A stretch of 63,990 bases of DNA, the filler included, from Octopus bimaculoides (taxonomy: Eukaryota), in assembly GCF_001194135.2 (NCBI RefSeq). It is 5 parts of 5 records of this genome, joined end to end, with 100 filler letters (N's around TTAATTAATTAA, not from the genome) between each part and the next. Parts side by side here need not be neighbours in the genome. Positions count along the whole stretch, not along the records: positions 10,699 to 36,305 come from NC_069008.1; positions 36,406 to 49,444 come from NC_069002.1; 3 more parts are not named here. One strand, given 5' to 3'. The translations under genes were made by a program, and so were the position numbers. Numbering within the stretch: position 1 is the stretch's first letter; each line of letters opens with the position of its first letter. The notes under the pieces are model-generated. The model had not been told where the DNA came from, did not search any database, and worked only from the letters and a program-made list of their open reading frames with translations. Shown one piece after another: positions 34,877 through 47,930 of this stretch.

Positions 34877-35247
34877 TTGGCACTCTGTCGCTTACGACGT
34901 CGAGGGTTCCAGTTGATCCGATCAACGGAAACAGCCTGCTCGTGAAATTAACGTGCAAATGAATGAGCACTCCACAGACACGTGTACCCTTAACGTAGTT
35001 CTCGGGGATATTCAGCGTGACAAGGCTGACCCTTTGAATTACAGGCACAACAGAAACAGGAAGTAAGAGCGAGAGAAAGTTGTGGTGAAAAAGTACAGCA
35101 GGGTTTCGCCGCCATCCCCTGCCGGAGCCTCGTGGAGCTTTAGGTGCTTTCGTTCAATAAACACTCACAACGACCGGTCTGGGAATCGAAACCACGATCC
35201 TATGACCGCGAGTCCGCTGCCCTAACCACTGGGCCATTGCGCCTCCA
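34877..35247 (-). mobile_element. SINE family 3, full length (in gene C intron)
   Basis: 13-bp TSD TTAACATGAATTG at 34864-34876 and 35248-35260. Confidence 0.9.
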
Positions 35248-35518
35248 TTAACATGAATTGCGGCCGTAAAAACGAACATACTAAGGATATTAAATAATTT
35301 TTCTTGTTTCATCGTCTTACATGTAACAATGGATTGTATCTTTTCCAAATTAAACAGATCAACATTTCAGTTTGGAAGTATTATCCGGTAGATCAAAGAC
35401 AGCAGGAGTAAATATATTTGTTCTAATATTGTCATGTGTTTTACTGTCTACGTTATAACAATTCTTTTATTCACGCACATTATTAGAGATCTATTATTAT
35501 TCAAGTTAATCTTTGTCA

Positions 35519-35529
35519 ACTTACCGTTC
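35519..35529 (-). other. Predicted 5' splice donor, exon 1 of ZNF gene C
   Basis: GAACG|GTAAGT on the minus strand (intron starts at 35524). Confidence 0.65.
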
Positions 35530-36305
35530 TTTACATGGAATCAGTCAGTGCTCGATTATAGATTATATATCGACAACAGTATAAATGATGTACGTTGCAC
35601 TCGGGATGAAGTTGTTCCCCTTTATATGTCTCTGATTCTCCGATAGAGGGAGAAATAAGGTTGCAAATTAAAACTTCTAAAAAGACGCTAATTGAAAGCG
35701 AAAGTAGCTAAAAATAGCGCGTAAACGAAAACAACAATATTAACGTAAATACAGGTAAAAATGGATAGATTTCTATAAAACGTATTCCAGCCCCAATTGA
35801 ACTAAAATCAAACTAGCACAATTTCGGTTAATGTTTACTTAAACTCCCGGTTACCAAAACGAAAAAAAAAAAAGTGTAATAGGTGTAAAAAAAATGTATA
35901 TTAAACGAAAATGAAAACAAAAATTTGTGCTAACGAACTGTGGGGTAGGGAGAGAACTTGCGGAAAATTAACAAGATCCGATTTTTTTCCCTCGTAACGT
36001 TTAGGAAGATGGATATCTTGTAATGGAATTTTATACAAATACCTTTCAAACGGCATAGATTACGAACATGAAGAAATTTGTGGGGAAAACTTTCCGAGGG
36101 GGTGAGGAGAGGATTTTCAAAGAGAAAGAAATTCGTAAATTATTTTTTTGCTTGAGCTTAATGTAAATAAGTTTGAAAGAAAAAATTCGGCTCACATGGC
36201 GGAGATGTAAACGGAACCTTTCCTTCCGTTAATTTTTTTTTTTTTTTTTGTAAGTTACGAAAAATATGAGTGCAGAAATAGCAGCAAACTCTTTTGAAGA
36301 AAGAA

Positions 36306-36405
36306 NNNNNNNNNNNNNNNNNNNNNNNNNNNNNNNNNNNNNNNNNNNNTTAATTAATTAANNNNNNNNNNNNNNNNNNNNNNNNNNNNNNNNNNNNNNN
36401 NNNNN
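36306..36405. other. Artificial scaffold-join spacer
   Basis: 44 N + TTAATTAATTAA + 44 N. Confidence 0.95.
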
Positions 36406-39400
36406 ATATATTTGAAGCTTTAACCGTTTACACAGATTTCAACAAAATGTTAAAATAGAAAGACGTGGCTTATGTCGCAGTTGTCTTGCTTTAGACTAGT
36501 GTTAGAAGTTTGCTCTATTATGGGGAGTTCATGGCTCAAGTTACTATGTTTTGAATAGGGTTTCATTGGTAGAGAATAGTCACATGACTGGTCTGAGAAA
36601 TGTTGTAGGCCCCCACTACGTCCGTGTATTATATCAAGTGACACTGTTTGGAGTCGTAAGTGAAGGCTGACACAGTGGAGTGAACCTGTCCAAACAATCA
36701 ATGTTCTAAATGGTTTCTGTGAAATGTCTGCTGAGAATGAACACTTGATTAAGTTTATAGTCCGTGCTTTAGTGTCACGTGACAGTATAATGTGCACCTT
36801 AAAGAAGGCCGAAAAGGTTGAGTGAACATATTTATTCATAATCAAGACACTCCAAATTTAGTTTGTCTTGTGGGAGAATGGATAGTAACCGTTTGTATGC
36901 AGTCCAATGCCTAAAAGTAAAGTTGCTAGCTGTGCAACTTCCTTATAAGTGACAGAATGAATTTTGTGTGTGATTACTTATTTGTGTATGTACTTTGTTA
37001 AAGTTTGTTACGTCTTGGTTCGTGCATTTGCTTGAAAGTATTTTCTTTGTTTATCCGTGCTTCATCTGTGGCATTCCCTGAATATATGTAGAGTGGGAAG
37101 ACCTGGAATTTGGGAGACTTAATTTTTGCACATATATCTATGTGAACACTCAATGGAATCTGTTTAGTACTAGGCTCTCTCACATTTGTTGCCGATGAAT
37201 GGTCAGTCTATTTCTTAGAGTAACGTGTATTTGAACTCTATAATCTCCATTACATCATTGATATCTGATAGCTTGAAGATATTGGATTGCTTGAAGAACA
37301 TGTAAAGTGATTTTTTTTTTTACCGTAAATGTCTTCCTGATTTGAATTTGTATGTTGTGTCTTGAATAAGGTTGACGCAGGCTCCGCGATTGGGGCGGCC
37401 GCATTTTTTGACTGTTTGCGTAGGAATTGTGGAAAGTAACTTAGCACTTGTGAGGAATTTTTTGAGTGACTTTGATTGTCTTTTACTTCTGATTATTTTG
37501 TGTATTTCGAATGCTTGTTTCATTCGTCGGTCTTGTTTCAGTTGTTGGATGTTCTGGTGGATAGTAATGTGCTTCTTGGGTTGTGTGTTGTAATAAAGGG
37601 TAGATTACTGGATGCATCTGGAGCGTTTTCGTAGTTCTCCCATATTCATTGATTTGACACGTTCTATGCCATTGTCTTTTAATATTAATGGAGATTGTCT
37701 TTTAAGTAGTACTTGTTTTGCAGGTTTCAGGGTTTGAGACAATTGTGCAGATTCTTCTTGAGAGATTGAAGAGGATATTATTTTTCGTGTGTTTGGAATG
37801 GCATGAGAAGAATAGTAAGTATTGTTTAGAATATGTTTGTTTGTAGTTAATATCTGTTTCAAGGATTTTATCTCTTTTGATGATTAATATATCCAGGAAT
37901 CGTAGTTTTACTGTATTCCATGGACAAGTTAATATTATTGTTTTTGCTTTTGGTTACATTTTTTAAATCTATAAGTTGTTTAAATGTGTACGTCTATAGG
38001 ATAAGGCAAGCATCTAAGTAACGTTTCCAGTTTTCCAGTGGATATTTGTGGAAGGTCAAGCCATGTATTAATTTAGATGCTTCATATATCTGGACCTCCT
38101 TATAAGCGATGACTAGACGGGTGTAAGTCGGAGCAACTTTTGTCATCACATTCCCAGATATTTGTTTGTAAATATTGTCATCGAAGTCAAAGAAGTTGTT
38201 TTCGAGAATAAAGTTTAATCTTTCAGTGATAAAACTCCAGAATTTCATGAGGGAATTTCTCAAGCCAGAAATTTGTTGCCTCTAGTCCATATTGGTGGGG
38301 GATTGTGGTACGTAGGTTTACAATAGTGGTATCCTTGTTTATTGATTTTGGGAGGTTGTTCCTCACAAGAGTTGGCATTTATTTTAAAATAGGTTTCAGT
38401 AATATATGTTAATATATGTAAAAAGATGCTCAGTCTGTGTGTTTCAAAGTTCGGGCCTGCTACGATTGTTCTAAAGTTAAAGTCGGTGATATAGTGTATG
38501 TTTATGCAAGTTGAAGTTGGTTCTTTATATGCATTCTTAATAGTTTATATGCATTCTTAATAGTTTATATGCATTCTTAATAGTTTGATTCTTATAGAAG
38601 TAGCTAGTCTTGCAATCAAATGGGTTAGGTCGTCACATTCTTTGTTTGTCAAATCATTTTGATGTCTGTGAATGAGTGTGTTCAGTTTAGTCATTGTCTT
38701 TGATTTTTGGCAATTATTTACCGTTTCGTAGTGGGTCATATCATGTAATATAGATAGTATGTCTCTTTTGTAGTGTTCAATATCCATGATAACTATTGCC
38801 CTTTCCTTATCTGTTTCTTTAATTGTAATGTCGTTATTGTTTTACAGTTCACGTATAATATCCCATTCCTTTCGACTTGTATTGGGCTTGATTTTAGGAT
38901 GTGGAAGTTCTTTATAACGGAATGTAGAAATAATATCACAAAATTTATCTAAAGATTTATTCATACCTTTTGTAGGCTTGTAATTGCTCTTGTATTTTAC
39001 AATCGAATTGTCCCTGATTTTTTTTATCGTACAATTCCTCTGGCACGCGTAGTTTTCTACAGAACTGTGAAATGTTCAGTATTTCACTGGAATTAGGGGG
39101 TTGCGATGTTGGGGTAAATTTTAGGCCTTTTGACAAAATATTAATTTCTGCTACTGAGAAAGTTTTTCTATAGATTAACTATCTTCGGTTTGTACCATCT
39201 GGTGTCGAGAAATCTGTCTGTTGGGTCTAAAAAATTATTTTTCAAAGTTTTCCTTTTATTACTATTTATATATTAGAGGACATTTTCTCTGTTAACTTGT
39301 GGTCTTTCGTATTGATTTTGTAAATTTGTTGTTCTGGATGGTGTTTGTTTCTTTCTGTAGTTGTCTTTCAAGTCGATACTTGTCATCCATTGTGTATGTC

Positions 39401-39855
39401 TTCGGTTTTGGGGAAAGTTCAGTCAGGTCGGAGAGAAACTTTGATTGTTTTAGTTGGATTATTTTATTGTCAAGTTGTCTTGAATTGTCGCAGTTTCCAT
39501 TTGAACTTTTTGAAAATCAGTGTAAACTGTGAAACCGGTTAAAGATTCAAATACGTTAATAAAAGAATATTTGAACTCTCCTCGTTTGTCCCTCAAAAAG
39601 TCTAAGCTAAGAGCATTAGATTTTTTTTCTAAGAAATCTAACGAATATATAGACAAAAAAAGGAGAACGCGGTACACATTTTACAAGAATATAACGACAG
39701 GTGTCTTTTGACTGAGGACGAATTAAATTGAGCTGGCGTGTATAAAGTGGAAGCCTTATAATTCAATATATACACGTACATACTTAGAGTTATACATTTA
39801 TACTGCAATACAGTTATGCATATATATGGATATATTTATATACATGTATTCATAC

Positions 39856-40417
39856 ATTTAAATTCAATAATAGGACGAATTCTTTTACAAGAATTTATCA
39901 AGTAGCTAGCGTGAAAAAACCTCATAAGGGAAAGATCCATCATTTATTCCCGAAATATATATTTGATATAAGGGCATTACTATACAATAATGCCTCACGC
40001 TATGAGGGACTCTAAGGTCAGACTATAATAAAAAGCACATTTTTACCGAACGCGAGGAAATGCAACTCTCAAAGCCAACCCTTTAAAAACAGACTAAATT
40101 ATAGATCATGATTTCGTAGTTATTGTAGTATTATACAACCTCTACTCGTCAGTATAATATGGTAAAGAGAAATAGAGGTAAACAGAAAATCAACATACCA
40201 CTCGAACATCGTGTATCCAACATAGTATATAGAAGACTGTTCATCGCTATTCACCTATGTAAGTGGCGGGAATTTCGAATTGCATCTCGGTAAATATGCT
40301 TTTCTCTCAGAATAAATTCAGTACTGAATATATTCTGGTAATATATTTAAATTCAATAATAGGACGAAATCTTTTACAAGAATTTATCAAGTAGCTAGCG
40401 TGAAAAAAAACTCATAA
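39856..40417. repeat. 72-bp direct repeats (39856-39927 and 40345-40417) at the PLE 5' end
   Basis: ATTTAAATTCAATAATAGGACGAA..GTAGCTAGCGTGAAAAAA.CTCATAA occurs twice, 489 bp apart. Confidence 0.9.
40098..40158 (-). ncRNA. Minimal type I hammerhead ribozyme
   Basis: AUUAUA-CUGACGA-GUAG[22 nt]CUAC-GAAA-UCAUGA-UC^UAUAAU: complete core, 6-bp stem I, 4-bp closing stem II, palindromic mini stem III and an AUC cleavage triplet. Confidence 0.85.
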
Positions 40418-40639
40418 TGAGTACATACATGCACACTCACACGTGTATGTGTAGCTCGTCTTTTCAATGAAACTGCCCATCATTGTGGGGGTAAGGATGA
40501 CCAATAAAATGAGAGTGGATAAGTAAATCACTTTCATCAGGGGCCTTTTTTCCACATTTTGAATTATAAATCAGTGTTACAGTTTTTCATTTCCCTGCTC
40601 CACTGATTTCCTCATCTGGTAGAATTTTGCCAACCCTCT

Positions 40640-40960
40640 TTCCTCATCTGTCAGCAAATAAAAGATTGAATTTGTTGAGAAAACCTTCCGCAGCAAATCC
40701 CTCAGCGACATTCTTCATCACATGAGAAAACGTACCAATGGAATTCTATACAACCACACCTGAGCAGAATTGTGTTAAACTTTTTCATCATCCAGCAGTT
40801 TATGATAAGTAGAGTTCCACTCAGTGCCAGAAACTATCAGACCCTTTTCTTACATCAACTGGATCGAGGAGCTTCATCCTAACAATAACATTATGGAATC
40901 AACGTGAAACTCAGGTTTCGTTGTCGCTATAACGCCCATTACAAAGCGGATGATATCAGA
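40640..40960 (+). mobile_element. Possible L1/Tx1-type RT fragment
   Basis: Only a PMEFY motif and a downstream RP-like motif are recognisable. Confidence 0.25.
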
Positions 40961-41525
40961 TAAGTTTTTTTCTAAAATATAACTTTAAAAATCTAACTTT
41001 CGGGACCCAGAAAAGCTTCACCTCTCCAACAAGTTATATCAAATATGACTATGCAACTAATTGCATCCCACGAGATGGTATGGCTACCTAATTCAGTAAT
41101 ATTCTTTGCTGCTCTTCCGTGAAACGAGTTCGACACTTTGTCTTTAGGAACCTCGACAAACCTGGTTACGAATGTATTCTTCGTGATCATCCGGAGGGAT
41201 AATCCTGAGATCTCTCAGGACAGAAAATAATGGGTGTCACGGTGTCAAGAAAGATTCTAGATCTTTAATCTTTCTTATTTAACAAGCAAAAATATGAAAA
41301 AGAGAAGAAATCTAATAGCTGTATAGGTTCAGTAACGTTTATTACATTTATTACATTACAACCAATATTACAATGATAACAGCGGTTTTATCTTTTCAAT
41401 CTTTCTTTCATGGAATTGGATTTTTTAAAATATTTTTCGCCCATATTTTATTCGTTTTGGCTTTTCTTTTCACATTCATCAAAAATTCCTCTAAATTTTG
41501 AAACTTTTGTAAGCATATGCGTACA

Positions 41526-41582
<57 letters not shown>

Positions 41583-41753
41583 AAACGTAATTGTGATGTA
41601 CATTATTGTAATTTTGTTTTCTTAAAATTGTATTTGTTCAGACCCGCAGCTTCAAATATAATGCTGATCTTTACAACATATGTAGAATAACAACAACAAT
41701 AATAAACATTTTCAAAAAATATAACAATAATTATGCTAATAATAAACTTAGTG

Positions 41754-41815
<62 letters not shown>
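41526..41815. repeat. (ATT)n and (AAT)n microsatellites
   Basis: Tracts at about 41526-41582 and 41755-41815. Confidence 0.95.
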
Positions 41816-41817
<2 letters not shown>

Positions 41818-42297
41818 ACAAAATACATCTTGGATTTATGAAATTATTATGTTCATTATTCTGTAATTTCATTCGCAATTTTTGCGCTCGAAATGTATAA
41901 TTGTATCTTTCCGTTTGCTTTGCAGTATTCTAGTAAATGTCTGTCAAGTTTTAGATAGCAGAAGCTAGGTACCACTACATATTTACATATAACATTTTTT
42001 AATAAATCAATGTTCTAGTGCTACTTTTCTTTATAACACTGAATTACTTAATTTCTTTTTCTTAATGAGATCTACTGTCCTCTCTAATTTGCACTCATTT
42101 TATTTAGCAGCAATCACATACCGTTTGCTACTTCCAAACTCATTTTATTTCATCATATGTGTTATTAAATTTAATGATATATTTTTCACGATTTTTTTAA
42201 ATTTATCGATTGAAAAATAACGTAATTTATTGTATTCTTTATAGGTACATATTTCTGCACATGTATGCATATATATAAATGTNNNNNNNNNNTATAT

Positions 42298-42337
<40 letters not shown>

Positions 42338-43798
42338 ATACACATATTTATACATACATATATGTATATGTATATATCTATATATGTAGATATGTATGTA
42401 CGTATCTAACATCAGTATATGAATGCATTTATATAGATATATCATTTTGTCGCCTTTTGCTTTCCTGCTTTCTTTCTTTTTTTCTCAAACAACAAATTAG
42501 AATCTTGCAATGCATTTTTACTATATGAATGTAATAATGAAATTCATTCTAAGTGACCAGAGGATATTTTCAAGTCGGAAGATAAACTAATAACTGTAAA
42601 ATAATAAAATTTGAGGATAGTAACATGTTTGTTTTGTAGATATAGTGCGACTTGACTTCAATCTGGTAAATGTATTTCTGAATTTTCATATTTTTAAAGG
42701 AAAGATTTAAGATATTAATAATTCAACAGTTGATTACAGAACCATTAAAATCAAAACATTTTATTTTTGTGGTTGTACGAAGAAAGGTTTTTCGTGATAT
42801 TATATTTTGATAATGAAGAAATAAATAATGAAACTGGTTTGCTGGAATAAAGGATTTCATGGGTACACCCCGGCGTTTCACCATAAAAAAAAATTTTGGA
42901 CGTTTTTTTTTTTTTAGTAGTCGTAAATGGATGAATTCTTTTTCATCAAGGGGAGAAAAAGACTTATTTTCAGGTTAGATGTTTCTTATTTTAATTAATT
43001 TCTCATAGAACACGTAGTATTTAAAATAAATTATCGTAATTTATTTTAACTAATTAGAAAATAGCTATAAAATTTGATTAACCAGACAGAAATATTTTCT
43101 TAGGTAAACGGTATTGAATAAATAATCACCAACTTTCTTACTGTGTATTTTACGGCCTCAGAATGATGAATGAAGAGGTGGAACTTGGCNNNNNNNNNNN
43201 NNNNNNNNNNNNNNNNNNNNNNNNNNNNNNNNNNNNNNNNNNNNNNNNNNNNNNNNNNNNNNNNNNNNNNNNNNNNNNNNNNNNNNNNNNNNNNNNNNNN
43301 NNNNNNNNNNNNNNNNNNNNNNNNNNNNNNNNNNNNNNNNNNNNNNNNNNNNNNNNNNNNNNNNNNNNNNNNNNNNNNNNNNNNNNNNNNNNNNNNNNNN
43401 NNNNNNNNNNNNNNNNNNNNNNNNNNNNNNNNNNNNNNNNNNNNNNNNNNNNNNNNNNNNNNNNNNNNNNNNNNNNNNNNNNNNNNNNNNNNNNNNNNNN
43501 NNNNNNNNNNNNNNNNNNNNNNNNNNNNNNNNNNNNNNNNNNNNNNNNNNNNNNNNNNNNNNNNNNNNNNNNNNNNNNNNNNNNNNNNNNNNNNNNNNNN
43601 NNNNNNNNNNNNNNNNNNNNNNNNNNNNNNNNNNNNNNNNNNNNNNNNNNNNNNNNNNNNNNNNNNNNNNNNNNNNNNNNNNNNNNNNNNNNNNNNNNNN
43701 NNNNNNNNNNNNNNNNNNNNNNNNNNNNNNNNNNNNNNNNNNNNNNNNNNNNNNNNNNNNNNNNNNNNNNNNNNNNNNNNNNNNNNNNNNNNNNNNNN

Positions 43799-43846
<48 letters not shown>

Positions 43847-43951
43847 TGTATACATATATATATGTATACGTACTTATACATATGTATTTTGATGTATCGA
43901 GCATAACTTTGAATTTTACGTTATAATACGTGAAATTATTTTTCAATACGG

Positions 43952-43952
<1 letters not shown>

Positions 43953-44034
<82 letters not shown>

Positions 44035-44044
44035 TTTAGTAGTT

Positions 44045-44078
<34 letters not shown>
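43953..44078. repeat. (GTA)n microsatellite
   Basis: Directly visible. Confidence 0.95.
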
Positions 44079-44079
<1 letters not shown>

Positions 44080-45134
44080 TATTTAGAACAAATTATATAA
44101 CTTTGGCACAAGGGGGTAAGTTGAAAGAAAACCTAGCAGAATTTATTTGTAATAGAATATTCATAATGGACAGCGACAATAGAATAGATTATTATAAAGT
44201 CACAGGTTCAAGGAAATTACCTGAAAAGATACAGTCAATTATAACGTTCCCAGTAGTTTCTTGGTAAGTATTTAATTAACTCAGGAAGAATGAGAAAACA
44301 AATTGCTACTGCCGGATTTCGATTGCAGAACCTAAGGTGCTGGAGTAAATATCGCAATGCATTTTTTTGCACTTTCTACGGTTCTGCAAATTCACCGCCA
44401 TCAGACGTAACAATTTTGGTGTTTTATTTTTTGTTATGAGGCCGGAAATTTTGGACGTAATTGCACAGCAAACTGGTCTGTTATTAATATGTTACTGGTA
44501 CTTTAATTACCAATTAACTAAAGTTTAGTGGTGTATTGTTTCAAACCGTAACCCAAAAGGAAGAAAAGAAAAAGAAGAAACTGCTGAACATAGGATCTGG
44601 CATTTTATATGCCCTGTTTGATATATTATTTAAAATGATTCGGATCGATTTCAAAAATTACGACTTTGTGATTCGATGCATTTCAATCAAGAAGATAAAG
44701 CATTAAAACATTTTTGCTTTGTTTAGAATCATTTCACTCGCAACGAAATCAACAAATTTTCGCTATTATTAAGTATTTGCTATGATATTTTTCACGGCTC
44801 GAATTATCAAATACATGAAAATTAAATACCAAAATACTTAAACGTTGCTCAATAAAGATTACGAAAAAGTAATTACTGCTAAGAAGGTATTTGCAATATA
44901 AAATTTCCTCAATTAAGAAATAGAAATAAAAGAAATATAAGCCATTGTTTGTATGCTTTAATACTTACATAAATATACGCACACGTACATTCATATATAT
45001 TTGTGTGTGTGTGTGTGTGTGTGCGTGTGTGTGTGCGTGTGTGCGTGTGTGCGTGTGTGCGTGTGTGTGTGTGCGTGAGTGTGTGTGTACATGCATGCAC
45101 ACATACACATACATGTATATACTTATATATACAC

Positions 45135-45136
<2 letters not shown>

Positions 45137-45205
<69 letters not shown>
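45137..45205. repeat. (TAGA)n microsatellite abutting the mariner TA site
   Basis: Directly visible. Confidence 0.95.
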
Positions 45206-46406
45206 CGAGGAATGGCTGAAAATATCAGAGGCTGACAATGAAAGAGTAACTCAAAAGCTGTGACATCTTGCATGCATTAATTTCAACAATTCTTATTAAT
45301 AACTGCATTGATTATTTGTTGTTGTTGTTTTTTTTTCATACTCATCTTCAAAAATAACTAATGGACACTTCTCTTAAAAATTGACAAAATTTGGCATCGT
45401 GGTGTTATAAAGTACCCACAGTAAAAGAGTTTTGCCCATTAAGTACATTCATACTGACATGGTTACGACATTAGCAGATAATGCGCCAGCTTTATCAACA
45501 GCTCAAAAGTGGGAGGCTGAATATGGAAGGAAAAGGAGGAGCCTCGAAATGACCACGGTCTGAGCGTTCTGCAAATGCCACGACCGAGAAAAACCTCAAT
45601 CAATTTCTGATTAATAACAGGCGATTGACTATTAGCATATCTCGTGAGAGACTTGAGAACTTGGCACAATGAAGATTTCTGCTTATCAAACGCGCGGCAG
45701 GCTGATCCCATCACGGGAACATCTCACATTCCTTCAGGCATATCCAGCTGGTTTCTTTGGACATTTTCCAACCAAGGATGAGTGTTAGGTTCATCACTTT
45801 CAGCCAGAGGGAGTCTATGCAGGGTAAATATCCCACCTTCCCCATCCCAAACTAGGCCGTGATCATCTCATGTGCAGGGAGGCTGATGGCCTGATTTGTT
45901 TGAGATGCAAAAGGCATTGTGTTTATTGACTCAGTTCCATAAAACCACACCACCAATGGAGAATACTATGCGATATTCCAGACGCATTTACGAAAGGCTA
46001 TCAATATAAAACGCCCGTGAAAATTGAAGAAATACTTCTTTCATCAGAACAATGCTCCAACACATATGTCCTTTGTCTCAATGACTGCTGTGCATTACTG
46101 TCTTGTTTGATCAGCCTCCCTAATCACTTGATTTTGCAGTATCTAACTATCAACTGTTCTCCAACCTGAAAAAAACACTTGGCTGGAAACCAGTACGGCA
46201 TTGATGATGACGTCATTTCAGCTGTTGACGACCTGTTTAAGCATTAAACAAGATGAAAGTTCCTTCCCCAATGGGATCTACGCAAGGCAAGATCGATGGA
46301 AGAAGTGCATGGATCGCAAGGGGCATTATGTTGAAAACTAAACCTCATTTGGTTATATTCCATGAGAGTATCTTGGTCAGTCTATGATCTTTTCAGCCGA
46401 CCCTCG
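45206..46406 (+). mobile_element. Near full-length decayed mariner transposon (1201 bp)
   Basis: 31-bp imperfect TIRs (CGAGG..GGCTGAAAA.ATCA..G.CTGAC) with TA on both sides; transposase relics WHRGVIKY and HQNNAPTH. Confidence 0.9.
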
Positions 46407-46662
46407 TAGGCGATATGTGTGTGTCCGTGGGTGTCTGTGTGTGTATGTGTGTATGCATGTATGTATGCAAGTTCCCATGTACGTACCAATATATGTGTGT
46501 GTTTGTGTATGTCTGTATGAGTGAATGCATGTTCACATGTATGTATGAATTACATGTATGTTCCTTCTTTTAATATAATTTAACAACGGCAGTTAAAATA
46601 TGTAAATTAATATCTTGTGTATTGCTTCGCACACGCACACAAACACACAGAGACACATGCAA

Positions 46663-46713
<51 letters not shown>

Positions 46714-47877
46714 GAGTGTGCATGCATGTGCGTGCGTGTGTTTTCGTATAAACATTGTACATATGTCCAAAATATCAGCAGCTAATTTTTAAATTCCTCA
46801 CATAGGATGATGGAGCAGTATACCTGCCAAAAAAACGCCTGCACTTACTATACGGACGAAGCGCCTTTTTTCTTTCTTTCGTTTCCCCCCATATTAAAGT
46901 GAATTAGAAATTTTTATGAAACAGTTTATGATATATGTAAAAATAAAATTAATGGTGGTAGCATTAAACAAATGTGGTTATCATTAGTGTATACAGTGGC
47001 ATTAGTGTTATGAAATATACAGATTGATTCCTGCTAGGTATTGGAACCGGTTCACCCTTAAGTGTCTTTTCGTGTTGATATATTTTTATGTTTCTATCAA
47101 TACTTCAATGCGGTGCCCATACATTGTAACACAGGCACAAGATAACACATTTTCTTCTGTGAAGGCGGAAGTCGCGCAGCAATTGTCGATAAAATGGTCC
47201 CAAGTTGTAACAGTCTTGGAAAGTGTTAAGGAGAAAGATTAATTTTGAGGATTATGATTTGCAGAAAATTATAATCATTACTGAATCATTCACTTACAGT
47301 TTCTGTCCACCACCACTCAAAAATAATATTCAGAAACATTTTTTACATAGACACAAGGCCAGATAAATAGCAATAATAACAATAAAGAAAACATTGGTTA
47401 TTTTGTCATGATAGCTGAGTATGTTGTGATGCGAGAGTGGTAGGTGTTAGCTAGGAGAGTTCGGAAATATATATGAACCGCTTTCACAATGGAACCGATT
47501 CATATATATTTGAACTTCGCAGTAAAATACAAAACTGTGTTAACAACGACAATGATAGTATTGGTTGCTCATAATGGTAAAAAGGACACCAGGTTAAGAA
47601 ATGTTTATAGTAGATTTAGTCGATAAAATACATGAGAGGTACTTATATTATTCAGACTGAAGTCAGATGAAATGTAACTTTCATCTTGCTTGGTTATAAC
47701 ATACAATACGAAAACTGAATGTTATTGATACTGAAGTCCGATGTTCTATGTGTCAGGTGATAATGCACCAAAAAACGATTTTGGTGATTATGACCATCAT
47801 AAACAGGATTTAAACTATAATTTATTCATCATGCTTACAAAAAACTCAAACAAAATATTAACGCATAGACAGACACA

Positions 47878-47930
<53 letters not shown>

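Larger units (their letters stand above)
36950..40420 (-). mobile_element. Penelope-like element (RT + GIY-YIG endonuclease), decayed
   Basis: INILSKGLKFTPT, IKETDKERAIVIMD, FILENNFFDFDDNIYKQISG..VAPTY, WKRYLDA, KCGRPNRGAC, FTCSSSN and TLRNRLTIHRQQ occur in the expected PLE order, with many stops and frameshifts. Confidence 0.9.

Noticed and set aside
38521-38586. 20-bp unit repeated three times inside the PLE
   Set aside because: Ordinary post-insertion slippage in a dead ORF.
41526-41815. Complementary (ATT)n and (AAT)n tracts able to form a hairpin
   Set aside because: Such tracts are so common in this window that chance proximity is expected.
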